Source of the DNA: an uncultured Candidatus Rokubacteria bacterium | GTDB lineage: Bacteria; Methylomirabilota; Methylomirabilia; Rokubacteriales; CSP1-6 | Length of the DNA stretch: 64,000 nt | Direction: 5' to 3' | Assembly: GCA_963754315.1 (NCBI GenBank) | Contig: CAVWFS010000007.1 | Span: forward strand, 576,001 to 640,000 | In this document: positions 47,689 to 57,127 of the stretch, one piece after another | Numbering within the stretch: position 1 is the first letter of the stretch | How the letters are laid out: every line of letters begins with the position of its first letter | Position numbers and translations under genes: made by a program | Notes under the pieces: generated by a model | Told to the model about the DNA's origin: nothing | The model's database searches: none | The model's input: the letters and a program-made list of their open reading frames with translations, nothing else

Positions 47689-48052
47689 GTGCGCCCTCCC
47701 TCAACACCTTTGGGTTCACCTTGATGAACATGATCACGCAGCGCTCGGTCGTCAGGTTGCGCACATCGTGGGGGACGTTGTTGGGAAACCAGACGATCGA
47801 TCCCGCCCGCACCACGGTCTCCTCGGGGCCGATGCGCAGATGGGCCGTGCCCTCGAGCACGAAGATGGCCTCCTCCTCGCTCGGATGTGAGTGCATGACC
47901 GTTGATTGACCGGGCTCGTAGCAAGCGATCTCCGACCAGAGCTGGTCGGTCTTGAACAACATCCGTCGGACCCGCTTGTCCGGTGCGAAGGCCTTGAGGG
48001 CATGCAGATCGAACACGCGCGCCGCACTGGACACCTCTGCCTGGTGTGCCAT
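47666..48052 (-). CDS. Cupin-domain protein
   Basis: HSHPSEEE...VLEG...FPNNVPHDVRN; GGAGG RBS. Confidence 0.88.
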   Translation of the reverse strand: MAHQAEVSSAARVFDLHALKAFAPDKRVRRMLFKTDQLWSEIACYEPGQSTVMHSHPSEEEAIFVLEGTAHLRIGPEETVVRAGSIVWFPNNVPHDVRNLTTERCVIMFIKVNPKVLREGAHGERGAL

Positions 48053-48127
48053 GATCGCGACCTCCGAGTCGGGCGCCAGTGTAGCCCATTTTCGCCCTCG
48101 GCCCCCCCTGAGCCCGCCACACGGCCC

Positions 48128-48425
48128 ATGGGACAGCACCGGGGGACCTATCCACTTCCACGACTGGATCGGCAACGGCTGGGCGATCCTCTTCTCACAC
48201 CCACGTGATTTCACCACGGGCCGGAACTTCGACGAGATCCTCCGCGTCAGCGACTCGCTCCAGCTCACCGACGCCTACCAGGTGGCGACGCCAGTGAACT
48301 GGAAACAGGGCGAGGACGTCATCATCGTCCCCGCCGTCAGCGATGCCGACGCCAAGACGAAGTTTCCCAAGGGCTGGCGCGCCCTGAAGCCGTACCTTCG
48401 GCTCACCCCGCAGCCGAATAGGTGA
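48128..48425 (+). pseudogene. 1-Cys peroxiredoxin (Prx6) remnant with large internal deletion
   Basis: IHFHDWIGNGWAILFSHPRDFT is joined directly to TGRNFDEILRV...ATPVNWKQGEDV...PYLRLTPQP. The catalytic PVCTTE segment and the N-terminus are absent. Confidence 0.82.
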
Positions 48426-49582
48426 CACCGACCTCCATCGCCAGCGGGCGCGGGGGCAGGCCAGTGTAGTCGGCGCGGGGCCGGATGAGGCGATTGTCGG
48501 CATATTGCTCGAGGGCATGCGCGCACCAGCCGGCCACCCGCCCGACGGCGAAGATGGACGTGCAGAGATCGGACAGGAATGCCGAGGGCGTCGTACACGA
48601 CGGCCGAGAAGAAGTCAACGTTCACCGGGAGTCCGGTGCGCGACGTGACCGTCTCGTAGACGCGCTCCGCCACCTCGAAGAGCCGCTGGCGCCCAGTAGC
48701 TTCCGCCATCGTGCGCGCCATGTCCCGCAGCACCCGCGCCCGCGCGTCGTCCACGCGGTACACACGGTGACCAAAGCCGGGCACGCGCGCCCGCGGATCG
48801 CGGCGGGCGCCCTTTGAGAGGCGGTCGCGGGCGGCCAGCCGCTCTTCGATGAACGCGCGGGCCCGCTCCGGCTGGCCAATTTCGCGCAGCAGGCTCAGCA
48901 CGTCCTCGTTGGCTCCCCCGTGCCGCGGCCCCTTGAGCGTCGCGATGGCGGCCACGACGGCTGCGTGGAGATCGGCGACAGTCGCGACTGCCACCCGTAG
49001 CGCGAAGGTGGAGGCGTTGAACTCATGATCCGCATGGAGGGTGAGGATCACATCGAGAACTCGGCTCACCTCGGAGGTGGGCACCTCCCCCCGCAGCTGA
49101 TAGAGAAAGTGTGCCGCGTGCGACAAGTCGGTTCGGACCGGCGGCTGAGCCTGCCCCGTTCGCCGCCGGTGCCAGGCCGCCACCACCGAGGGGACCAGGC
49201 TCATGATTCGCGCCGACTTCCGGAGGTTGGCCTCCTGGTCGTTCTCGCGTGTATCAGGGTCCACGGTGGCCGCCAGCGAGACCGCTGTCCTCAGGACATC
49301 GAGGGGATGGCTGTCGGGAGGGCACCGTTCCAGGAGCGCGGCCACCGGTCCCGGCAGCTCGCGGGCCGCTCTCAGGCGCGCCTCGAAGGCCGCCGCCTCC
49401 TGGAAGCTCGGCAACTCGCCGAACCAGAGCAGATGGGTGACGGCCTCGAAGGAAGCCCTTCCCGCGAGGTCGCCGATCTCGTAGCCACGGTAGTACAGCT
49501 GGCCCCGGGCCCCGTCAATGGCCGTGATGGCCGAGCGGGCGGCGACCACGTCTTCCAGTCCTGCCTTCCACTCTGCGCTCAT
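48403..49582 (-). pseudogene. Citrate/2-methylcitrate synthase with one frameshift (possibly a sequencing error)
   Basis: GLEDVVA, LYYRGY, HADHEFNASTF, GPRHGGAN, GFGHRVY, NVDFFS. One extra base near 48575, after which DLCTSIFAVGRVAGW...RLIRPR resumes. Confidence 0.88.
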
Positions 49583-49627
49583 AGCGCACCTCCTGGACGC
49601 TCCTGACTGGCTCCTAGCAGCACTATA

Positions 49628-49657
49628 CATGATTTATATTGATTCATATAGATAAGA
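49628..49657. promoter_or_regulatory. AT-rich 10-bp phased direct repeats (candidate operator)
   Basis: CATGATTTAT ATTGATTCAT ATAGATAAGA, with GAT at 49631, 49641 and 49651, between the divergent synthase and HTH genes. Confidence 0.55.
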
Positions 49658-49703
49658 CTCGAAGATTGGCGGAGAATAAAGGGGTCGCCTGTTACCGTAG
49701 AGG

Positions 49704-49976
49704 ATGATGGACGCAGCGGACGACTATCTGACGGCCGACCAGGCGGCGCGCCAGCTGGGCATCAAGCGCGCCACCCTCTACGCGTACGTCAGTCGGGGAA
49801 TCCTGCGCAGCTACCGCCAGGGTATCAAGCGCGAGCGCCTCTATCTTCGCGCGGACGTCGATCGCCTGCTCCGCGTCGCCCCCAGCGGGGCGGGCCCAAC
49901 CGAGCCGACGAAGGCGCCCTCGACCCGGCTGCGCGAATGGGACATTCCTCTCGCCGAAACCTGGATGCGAGATTGA
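49704..49976 (+). CDS. Small excisionase/MerR-like (HTH_17) DNA-binding protein
   Basis: YLTADQAARQLGIKRATLYAYVSRG...LYLRADVDRL. Confidence 0.85.
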   Translation: MMDAADDYLTADQAARQLGIKRATLYAYVSRGILRSYRQGIKRERLYLRADVDRLLRVAPSGAGPTEPTKAPSTRLREWDIPLAETWMRD

Positions 49977-50120
49977 TCCCACCTGGGGCCGAGTTAACCG
50001 GGTCCTCGTCGCCCACGATATCACCCTGGGCGAGCGATCTCTGCACGAGGGGCCGCGATCTGGCCCCTCTCTTTCCCCCCGGGCTCGGAGCGCCTCAGGT
50101 AACCCGGGCGCTCCCCGATG

Positions 50121-51164
50121 TCACTTGGTGGCGGCGGTTTTCGCGAGCTCCCGCTCGATGACGCGTTGAAATTCCGCCAGCGGTAGGTTCCCGACTAAGG
50201 GTCGCCCGTTGATGAAGAACGTGGGAGTGCCGGTGACCCCGAGTTGGGCGCCGGCAGCCACATCAGCGGCCACGGCGGCGCGATGACGCCGGCTATCCAT
50301 GCATTGAGCGAAGGCGCTCGCTTCCAGCCCGACCTGGGCCGCGTACCGCTTGAGCGCGTCGGGTGTCAGATTGGTCTCGGCGAAGAGCACATCGTGGTAC
50401 GGCCAGAATTTCCCCTGGTCACCAGCGCAGCGCGCGGCTTCGTGGGCGAGCGGGGCCTCGGGGTGTAGGTTCTCGAGCGGGAAGTCCCGAAACACCCAGC
50501 GGACACGGTCCGGATAGCGGGCAGCCACATCTTTGAGCGTGGCCACCACCGAGCGACAGTACGGACACTGGAAGTCGGAAAACTCCACGATGGTAACCGG
50601 GGCCTCCCGCAAGCCGCGGGCGAAACCAACGTTGGGATCCACCTTCACCCGGATCGGCTCAGGCTCCTTGAGGTACACCTGGACGGGGGTCTGTGCCCGA
50701 AGGCTGGCGACGTACGCGTCGCGACGTTGATTCAGACGTTGCTGACGGAGGAAATCGGCCACCTTGCTGCGCACCTCGGCGCCATCGGGTTGACGGATAC
50801 GGGCGCGATTCTGATTGATGAAATCGGTCACGTCCGCCTCGGTCACGGCAATCACCTTGGCCTCGATCTCGTCGCGGACCAACGCGTCGACCTCCATTCC
50901 GCGGCGCTTCGCCTCCTGAGCCAGCAAGCGCTCGGCGATGAGCTGGTTCAACCTTCCCGTCAGGAGATCCTGGCGTTGCTGGTCCAGGCGGGACAACTCG
51001 GTGGCCAAAATCTGCTCCAACTCGGCCACGGAGATCGTGTCGCCACCGACCCGGGCCGCCGTCCCCGCCGGGACTTCCGGACTCTGGGCGAACGCTGCCG
51101 CCCCGCCGCCCAGCATGACGGCCACCAGCGCGGTGCCGAGCATCGATTGGCGTCGCCTCCTCAT
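50121..51164 (-). CDS. DsbA-family thioredoxin-fold protein with N-terminal helical (SurA-like) domain
   Basis: Signal peptide, EFSDFQCPYC, RDFPL, GVTGTPTFFING. Confidence 0.9.
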   Translation of the reverse strand: MRRRRQSMLGTALVAVMLGGGAAAFAQSPEVPAGTAARVGGDTISVAELEQILATELSRLDQQRQDLLTGRLNQLIAERLLAQEAKRRGMEVDALVRDEIEAKVIAVTEADVTDFINQNRARIRQPDGAEVRSKVADFLRQQRLNQRRDAYVASLRAQTPVQVYLKEPEPIRVKVDPNVGFARGLREAPVTIVEFSDFQCPYCRSVVATLKDVAARYPDRVRWVFRDFPLENLHPEAPLAHEAARCAGDQGKFWPYHDVLFAETNLTPDALKRYAAQVGLEASAFAQCMDSRRHRAAVAADVAAGAQLGVTGTPTFFINGRPLVGNLPLAEFQRVIERELAKTAATK

Positions 51165-52078
51165 GATTGGCTCCTTGGTGTGTAGGGGTGATGAGCAATC
51201 CAGTGCCGGGCGATGTCCAGGCGCCGGCAGATCCAAACCCTATCGTGTCGCAGCACGTGATCCAGAAAGCGCCCCAGGGCCGCCGCGCGCCCGGGGCGGC
51301 CCATGAGCCGCATGTGAAGTCCCACCGACATCATGGCAGGGTACTCGGCTCCCTCGGCGTACAGCACGTCGAAGGCGTCGCGCAGGTAGGCCAGCCACTC
51401 GTCTCCCGTGCTGAAGCCCTGCGGGGTTGCGAACTTCATGTCGTTGTTGTCGAGGGTGTATGGGACAACGAGGTGAGGCTTCCCGCTCACCAGGTCCCAG
51501 TATGGCAGGTCGTCGTTGTAGGCGTCGGCGTCGTAGAGGAAGCCGCCTTCCTCGACGACCAAGCGACGTGTATTGGGCCCCAGACGTCCGGTGTACCAGC
51601 CGAGGGGCCGGCTTCCCGTGGCCCGGGTGATGCTCTCCACGGCGAGTCGGAGATGCTCGCGCTCCACGTCCTCGCTCACGAACTGGTAGTCGAGCCACCG
51701 ATAGCCGTGGCTCACGACCTCGTGGCCGGCCTCGACGATGGCGGCCGCCGCCTCCGGATTCCGCTCGAGAGCCATTCCCACCGCGAAGACGCTGATGCTG
51801 AGCTGGCGCTCGGCGAAGATCCGCATCAGCCGCCAGAAGCCCACGCGGCTGCCATACTCGTACATCGATTCCACCTGGAGGTTGCGGACTCCGGCCAGGG
51901 GTTGCATCCCCACGACTTCCTGCAGGAAGGCCTCGGACTCCTGGTCGCCGTGGAGAAGGCAGCGCTCGCCCCCCTCCTCGTAGTTCATGACGATCTGCAA
52001 GGCCAGCCGCGCTCCGCCTGGCCACTTGGGATCGGGGCGAGTTCTGCCGTACCCGATCAGGTCGCGCGCGTAGCTCAC
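51161..52078 (-). CDS. puuE: Allantoinase PuuE (polysaccharide deacetylase fold)
   Basis: RDLIGYG, NYEEGGE, ESMYEYGSRVGFWR, SHGYRW, PYTLDNNDMKF. Confidence 0.94.
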   Translation of the reverse strand: MSYARDLIGYGRTRPDPKWPGGARLALQIVMNYEEGGERCLLHGDQESEAFLQEVVGMQPLAGVRNLQVESMYEYGSRVGFWRLMRIFAERQLSISVFAVGMALERNPEAAAAIVEAGHEVVSHGYRWLDYQFVSEDVEREHLRLAVESITRATGSRPLGWYTGRLGPNTRRLVVEEGGFLYDADAYNDDLPYWDLVSGKPHLVVPYTLDNNDMKFATPQGFSTGDEWLAYLRDAFDVLYAEGAEYPAMMSVGLHMRLMGRPGRAAALGRFLDHVLRHDRVWICRRLDIARHWIAHHPYTPRSQS

Positions 52079-53322
52079 AGGCGCCCGATCCCATCCGCGC
52101 CGAGGCTGTCGTGGGCGCGGTGGGCGTGGTCCTCCCCGGTCGCTGCATAGTGAGCCAGAGCTGCATCGACTGCGGCGCCGGCCGGGACCGACCAGCCCTC
52201 GCGGCGGAGCACGGATTCCAGAGCGGCCAGCCCGAGCAAGATGTGCGTTCGCCGCGCCGAGTAGCCCATCGTCCCGATCCGCCAGATGCGGCCCTGAAGG
52301 GGTCCGAAGGCCGCGCCGATCTCGACGCCGAAGTCATCGATCAGCCGCCGACGCACCCTCAGCTCGTCAATCCCTTCTGGCACCACCACCGGGGTGATGA
52401 AGGGCAGCCGGTGCTCGGGCGGCTCCTTGCCGAAGAACGTGAGGCCCATGGCCATGAGGCCCGCCCGCAACGCATCACCATGGAGACGATGGCGGGCGAA
52501 TCGCGCCGACAGTCCCTCGCCCTGAATGGCCCGCAGCGCCTCCCGTAGCCCATAGACCATCGATGTGGGAGCCGTGTGGTGGTTGAAGCGGGCCGGGCTC
52601 CAGTAATCGATGAGCTGCCCGAGGTCGAGATAGTTGCTGCGCACCGGGTGGCGGCGCGATCGAATGGCCGTCTGGACCGCTGTGTTGAACGTCACCGGCG
52701 CCAGCCCGGATGGGCAGCTCAAGCACTTCTGGGTGCCGGCCACTGCGACGTCGACACCCCAGCGGTCCACCGCAACCTCGCAGCCGCCGAGTGTCACCAC
52801 AGCGTCAGTCAGCAGCAGAGCCTCATAGGCGTGCGTGAGACGGACAATCTCCGGGAGCGGCTGCAACACGCCCGTGGACGTTTCTCCGTGGACGGTGGCT
52901 ACGAGCTTGGTCCGGCCACCCTGCAGGGCCACTTCCAGTGCCGCCGGGTCAATAACTCGTCCCCATTCGCCACGCACGACGACGACCTCGGCGCCACAGC
53001 GTTGGGCGATCTCGACCAGGAGCAGGCCGAAGCGCCCGCACTCCGCCACCACCACACGGTCGCCGGGCTCGACGATCGAGCCGATGGCAGCCTCCAGGCC
53101 GGCTCGCCCGGTCCCCGAGACGGGGAAGGTGCACGGGTTATCGGTCTGGAAAGCAAATCGCAAGAGAGCCATCACCTCGTTCATGATGGCGGTGAACTCC
53201 GGATCGAACTGACCGAGGAGCGGAGTGGCCAAGACGCGCAGCACGCGCGGGTCGGCCATGGTGGGTCCGGGACCAAGCAGGATGCGGGTCCCAGGCGACA
53301 GATCGTCGAGCGGATCACTCAT
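52075..53322 (-). CDS. pucG: Class V aminotransferase, PucG-like (ureidoglycine-glyoxylate aminotransferase)
   Basis: LLGPGP, GQFDPEF, VHGETSTG, GTQKCLS, NHHTAP, WRIGTMG; purine-catabolism context. Confidence 0.8.
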   Translation of the reverse strand: MSDPLDDLSPGTRILLGPGPTMADPRVLRVLATPLLGQFDPEFTAIMNEVMALLRFAFQTDNPCTFPVSGTGRAGLEAAIGSIVEPGDRVVVAECGRFGLLLVEIAQRCGAEVVVVRGEWGRVIDPAALEVALQGGRTKLVATVHGETSTGVLQPLPEIVRLTHAYEALLLTDAVVTLGGCEVAVDRWGVDVAVAGTQKCLSCPSGLAPVTFNTAVQTAIRSRRHPVRSNYLDLGQLIDYWSPARFNHHTAPTSMVYGLREALRAIQGEGLSARFARHRLHGDALRAGLMAMGLTFFGKEPPEHRLPFITPVVVPEGIDELRVRRRLIDDFGVEIGAAFGPLQGRIWRIGTMGYSARRTHILLGLAALESVLRREGWSVPAGAAVDAALAHYAATGEDHAHRAHDSLGADGIGRL

Positions 53323-53387
53323 TGCCTTGACCTTACCCGAAACCGATTCTCCTTGCCGCCTATCCAAAAATCCGCCACATTTCGCGC

Positions 53388-54251
53388 GTGCCCCGGCGCC
53401 TGTCCCTGCGAGCGCTGAACGACATGGACCGGACCGCCTTCACGCGTGCCCTTGGATCCGTCTTCGAGGGTTCCGCCTGGGTGGCTGAGCGGACGTGGGA
53501 GGCGCGGCCGTTTGCCACGGTGGCCACCCTACACGCGGCGATGGTATCAGCCGTACGGCGGGCGCCAGAGCCAGAGCAGTTGACCCTCCTGCGAGCGCAC
53601 CCCGACCTGGGTGACCGGGCGACGCGGGCGAGCGCCCTGAGCGAAAGCTCAGAAGCTGAGCAGGCGGCGGCGGGCCTCGATCGCCTGACGGAAGCAGACT
53701 ACGATCGCTTCCAGCGTCTCAACACAGCCTATCGCGAGACGTTCGGCTTTCCCTTCATCATCGCGGCCCGCAACCACGACGTGAACGGCATCCTGGCCGC
53801 GTTCGAGCAGCGCCTCCTCCACTCACGCATCCAGGAGGTCGAGACGGCCCTCGCAGAGGTCGCCGACATCGCCAGGTTCCGGCTGGAGGCGCTCGTGGTC
53901 GTACCGACCCTCACCACCCATGTTCTCGACACGGCCCACGGCTGCCCTGCGAGCGGACTCCGCATCGACCTGTCCGTGATCGCTCCCGACGGCGGTGCTC
54001 GGCTGCTCAAGACCGTGATGACCAACAGCGACGGCCGCACCGACGGACCGCTGCTGACTGACCTCGACGTGGGGCATTATGAGATCGCGTTCCACGTCGG
54101 CGCCTACTTCCGGAGGCTCGGCGCGAGCACGGCCGATCCGCCATTCCTGGAGGTGGTGCCCGTGCGGTTCGCGGTGGCTGATCCCCACCGCCACTACCAC
54201 GTGCCTCTCCTCGTGGCCCCCTGGAGCTATACGACGTACCGCGGGAGCTAG
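53388..54251 (+). CDS. uraD: Fused OHCU decarboxylase (UraD) and HIU hydrolase (UraH)
   Basis: LLRAHPDLG, SEAEQAAAGL, YRETFGFPFII, then LTTHVLDTAHG, TNSDGR, HYHVPLL and the C-terminal YRGS signature. Confidence 0.92.
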   Translation: MPRRLSLRALNDMDRTAFTRALGSVFEGSAWVAERTWEARPFATVATLHAAMVSAVRRAPEPEQLTLLRAHPDLGDRATRASALSESSEAEQAAAGLDRLTEADYDRFQRLNTAYRETFGFPFIIAARNHDVNGILAAFEQRLLHSRIQEVETALAEVADIARFRLEALVVVPTLTTHVLDTAHGCPASGLRIDLSVIAPDGGARLLKTVMTNSDGRTDGPLLTDLDVGHYEIAFHVGAYFRRLGASTADPPFLEVVPVRFAVADPHRHYHVPLLVAPWSYTTYRGS

Positions 54252-55612
54252 CCCGGGCTCGCGCGGACGCAGTGGTTCACGATCTCGAGGAAGTACTCGA
54301 TCTCTGCGTCGGTGACGGCAGTCGAAACACATCCGAGACCCGAGGGTGAGATCAGGACGCCGTGGTTCAGGAGTGCTCGGTGGAGCTCGTCGAAGCGTTT
54401 GCGCTCCCCCTCGTCGGTCAGGGTGCTGCGGTAGTCGACAAATGCCTGCTCCGCGGGGTGGATGCGAAAGAGCGAGCCCATCCCCGTGATGGCGCCCGCC
54501 ACACCGGCCCGGTCTAGGCAAGCCCGGAACCCGGTGCGGAGTTTCTCACCGAGCTCCTCCAGCCTGCCGTAGGCCGTCTCGTCCATCAGGCGCATGGCCG
54601 CCAGTCCCGCCGCCATGGTGACCGGATTGGCGTTGAAGGTGCCTCCGTGAGGGACAACCGGTTTGCCGCCGCGCGGATCGAAGACGTCCATGACGTCAGC
54701 TCGTCCCCCCACGGCGCCCACCGGGAACCCGCCACCGATGATCTTTCCGAATGTGGTCAGGTCGGGTCGGACGCCGAAGGCGCCCTGCGCCCCCCGGTAC
54801 CCGACCCGGAACGAAATCACCTCGTCGAAGATCAGGAGGATTCCGTGAGCGGCCGTGACCGCGCGGATGGCGTGCAGGAATTCGGCGCGGGCGGGGATCA
54901 GCCCGACACGATTGGGAATGGGGTCCACGATCACCGCCGCCAGTTCGCCGGCCTCGCGCTCGATGCGCGCGGCCGCCAGCCTCGTGTGGTTGAAGGGCAG
55001 CACGACCACCTCATCCAGCACGGAGGGCGGCGTGCCCTTGCAGTACGCGACGCTCGTGGGAGCTTCGAGCGCTCCCCAGTCGGCCGGCGAAGAGCTGAGG
55101 CTCACCTCCGCCCAGTCGTAGGAGCCGTGGTAGGCGCCCTCGAACTTTGCGATCCGATGCCGACCGGTGAACCCGCGGGCCGCCTTGATGGCCATCATGA
55201 CCGCCTCGCTGCCCGAGTTGGTGAACCGAACCCGCTCGACACTGGGGACCCGGTCCACCAGGAGGGCGGCCAGTTGGATCTCCTCGGCCGTCGGCAGCGG
55301 AAACGAGGCACCGCGGGACAGTCGACGGGCGGCCGCTTCCGTCACCGCGGGGTGGGCGTGGCCGTGGATCAGCGCGGTGTAGTTGTTCAGCAAGTCGAGG
55401 CGCCGCTCGCCATCCACGTCGACCAGCCAACACCCCTCACCTTCGGCGGCATAGACGGGCCGCGGCGACATGAACACGGTCGTACGCGAGTTACCGCCCG
55501 GAAGAACCTTCTGCGCCTCAAGCCATAGACGCGCCGACTCGGAGTCGGGGCGCGTGTAGGCGGTGGTGGTGGGGACTGTTCTGGTCGACGCCTGGTCGGT
55601 GGTAGACCCCAT
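54248..55612 (-). CDS. Class III aminotransferase (GSA-aminotransferase-like)
   Basis: LPGGNSR, NNYTALIHGHAHP, NSGSEA, FDEVISFR, FGKIIGGG, HGGTFNANP. Confidence 0.9.
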   Translation of the reverse strand: MGSTTDQASTRTVPTTTAYTRPDSESARLWLEAQKVLPGGNSRTTVFMSPRPVYAAEGEGCWLVDVDGERRLDLLNNYTALIHGHAHPAVTEAAARRLSRGASFPLPTAEEIQLAALLVDRVPSVERVRFTNSGSEAVMMAIKAARGFTGRHRIAKFEGAYHGSYDWAEVSLSSSPADWGALEAPTSVAYCKGTPPSVLDEVVVLPFNHTRLAAARIEREAGELAAVIVDPIPNRVGLIPARAEFLHAIRAVTAAHGILLIFDEVISFRVGYRGAQGAFGVRPDLTTFGKIIGGGFPVGAVGGRADVMDVFDPRGGKPVVPHGGTFNANPVTMAAGLAAMRLMDETAYGRLEELGEKLRTGFRACLDRAGVAGAITGMGSLFRIHPAEQAFVDYRSTLTDEGERKRFDELHRALLNHGVLISPSGLGCVSTAVTDAEIEYFLEIVNHCVRASPG

Positions 55613-55717
55613 CGTGCGCTCCCTAGCCTACAATGCGAAGGCCAGACCCGAGCGTACGCGAAAATGAGCCGCTCACAAAGGGGCACCACCTAGCCGGGCG
55701 AAGGCACGGGAGGACCC

Positions 55718-56893
55718 ATGAAGATCGCGAGCGTGGAATCACTGCATGCCGATGCCGGACAGCGCACATTTGACTTCCTCAAGATCACCACCGACGACGG
55801 GCTCGTGGGCTGGAGCGAGTACAACGAATCGTTCGGCGGTCCCGGCGTATCGGTCGTCATCGAGCGGCTGGCCCCCACCATCGTCGGCAAGGATCCCCGC
55901 GCCTACGAGTCACTGGTAGCCCTCATGTACGCGGTGCGGCGTCAGGCCAGCGGAGGCATCGCCCAGCAGGCCATCGGCGCCATCGAGAACGCGCTCCTCG
56001 ACATCAAGGCCAAGGCGCTGGGGGTGCCGGTCTACGAGCTGCTGGGAGGACCCATCCGCGATCGCATTCGCCTCTACTGGTCTCACTGTGGGACCTACCG
56101 TCTCGCCTGGTCGAAGGAGATGCAGCTGCCGCCCCTGCGCACGCTCGACGACGTCGTGAAGGCGGGACGGGAGGTCGCGGCTCGCGGCTTCACCGCTCTG
56201 AAGACGAATGTCTTCGTCCTGGGTCAAGACGCGCATCTGCATTCCCCGGGCTTCGCGCGCCGGGGGTGCTTCCCGGAGCTCAATGCCGAGCGGGCCGTGC
56301 TCAAGGCCATGCGCGAGGAGCTGGCTGCCTTCCGGGAAGGAGCCGGACCCGACATGGATATCCTGGTTGACCTGAACTTCAACTTCAAGACGGAGGGGTT
56401 CCTCAAGGTGGCGCGGGCGATCGAGCCTTTCGATATCTTCTGGGTGGAGATCGACACGCGCGACCCGAAGGCACTGCACTACATCCGCAGTCACACCACG
56501 ATCCCGGTTGCCTCCTGCGAGTGCCTCTTTGGCCGCCGCGACTATCGGCCTTATTTCGAACACTCCTCGGTCGACGTGGCTATCATCGACACGCCCTGGA
56601 ACGGCGTGGCCGAGTCCGTGAAGATCGCGGCGATGGCCGACGCCTACGAGGTCAACGTGGCTCCCCACAACTTCTACGGGCACCTGGCAACGTTGATGAA
56701 CGCCCACTTCTGCGCCGTCGTCCCCAACCTTCGTATCATGGAGATCGACCCCGACGTCGTCCCCTGGTACGACGACCTCGTGACCGAGCGGCCCGAGATC
56801 AAGGACGGCCACCTGATTCTGCCGACCCGGCCCGGCTGGGGCACGGAGGTCAACGAAGCGGCGGTGCGTGCCCATCCCCCGAAACGACGCTGA
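55718..56893 (+). CDS. Mandelate racemase/galactonate dehydratase-like enolase-superfamily enzyme
   Basis: AIENALLDIKAK, LYWSHCG, ALKTN, VDLN, WVE, SCE, APHN, PGWG. Confidence 0.9.
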   Translation: MKIASVESLHADAGQRTFDFLKITTDDGLVGWSEYNESFGGPGVSVVIERLAPTIVGKDPRAYESLVALMYAVRRQASGGIAQQAIGAIENALLDIKAKALGVPVYELLGGPIRDRIRLYWSHCGTYRLAWSKEMQLPPLRTLDDVVKAGREVAARGFTALKTNVFVLGQDAHLHSPGFARRGCFPELNAERAVLKAMREELAAFREGAGPDMDILVDLNFNFKTEGFLKVARAIEPFDIFWVEIDTRDPKALHYIRSHTTIPVASCECLFGRRDYRPYFEHSSVDVAIIDTPWNGVAESVKIAAMADAYEVNVAPHNFYGHLATLMNAHFCAVVPNLRIMEIDPDVVPWYDDLVTERPEIKDGHLILPTRPGWGTEVNEAAVRAHPPKRR

Positions 56894-57127
56894 GCGAGCA
56901 CGGGACGCGCCTGACCGTCAAGCCGTCACGGCGTCAATATTGGCGTAGGGGATCGCCCTGGGGTATCCTAAGAAAGTCTGGCTCGATCGTTGGTTCGTTC
57001 GAGAGCCTGTCGTTCCTTCCAGACCGCGTTTCCTCGCCGCTTCTTCCGCATCGTGGGGCGTGACCTGACCTGTCGCGGAAGACTGATTTGGGCCCAGACG
57101 TGCCTCAGCCAAGGAATGAAGCCAGTC

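Noticed and set aside
49704..49976. Prophage excisionase
   Set aside because: No integrase or phage genes. Sequence and context fit the citrate-synthase-associated HTH type.
54248..55612. hemL assignment
   Set aside because: PGGNSR and NNYT replace the PGGVNSPVR and SWG motifs of true HemL, and there is no heme-gene context.
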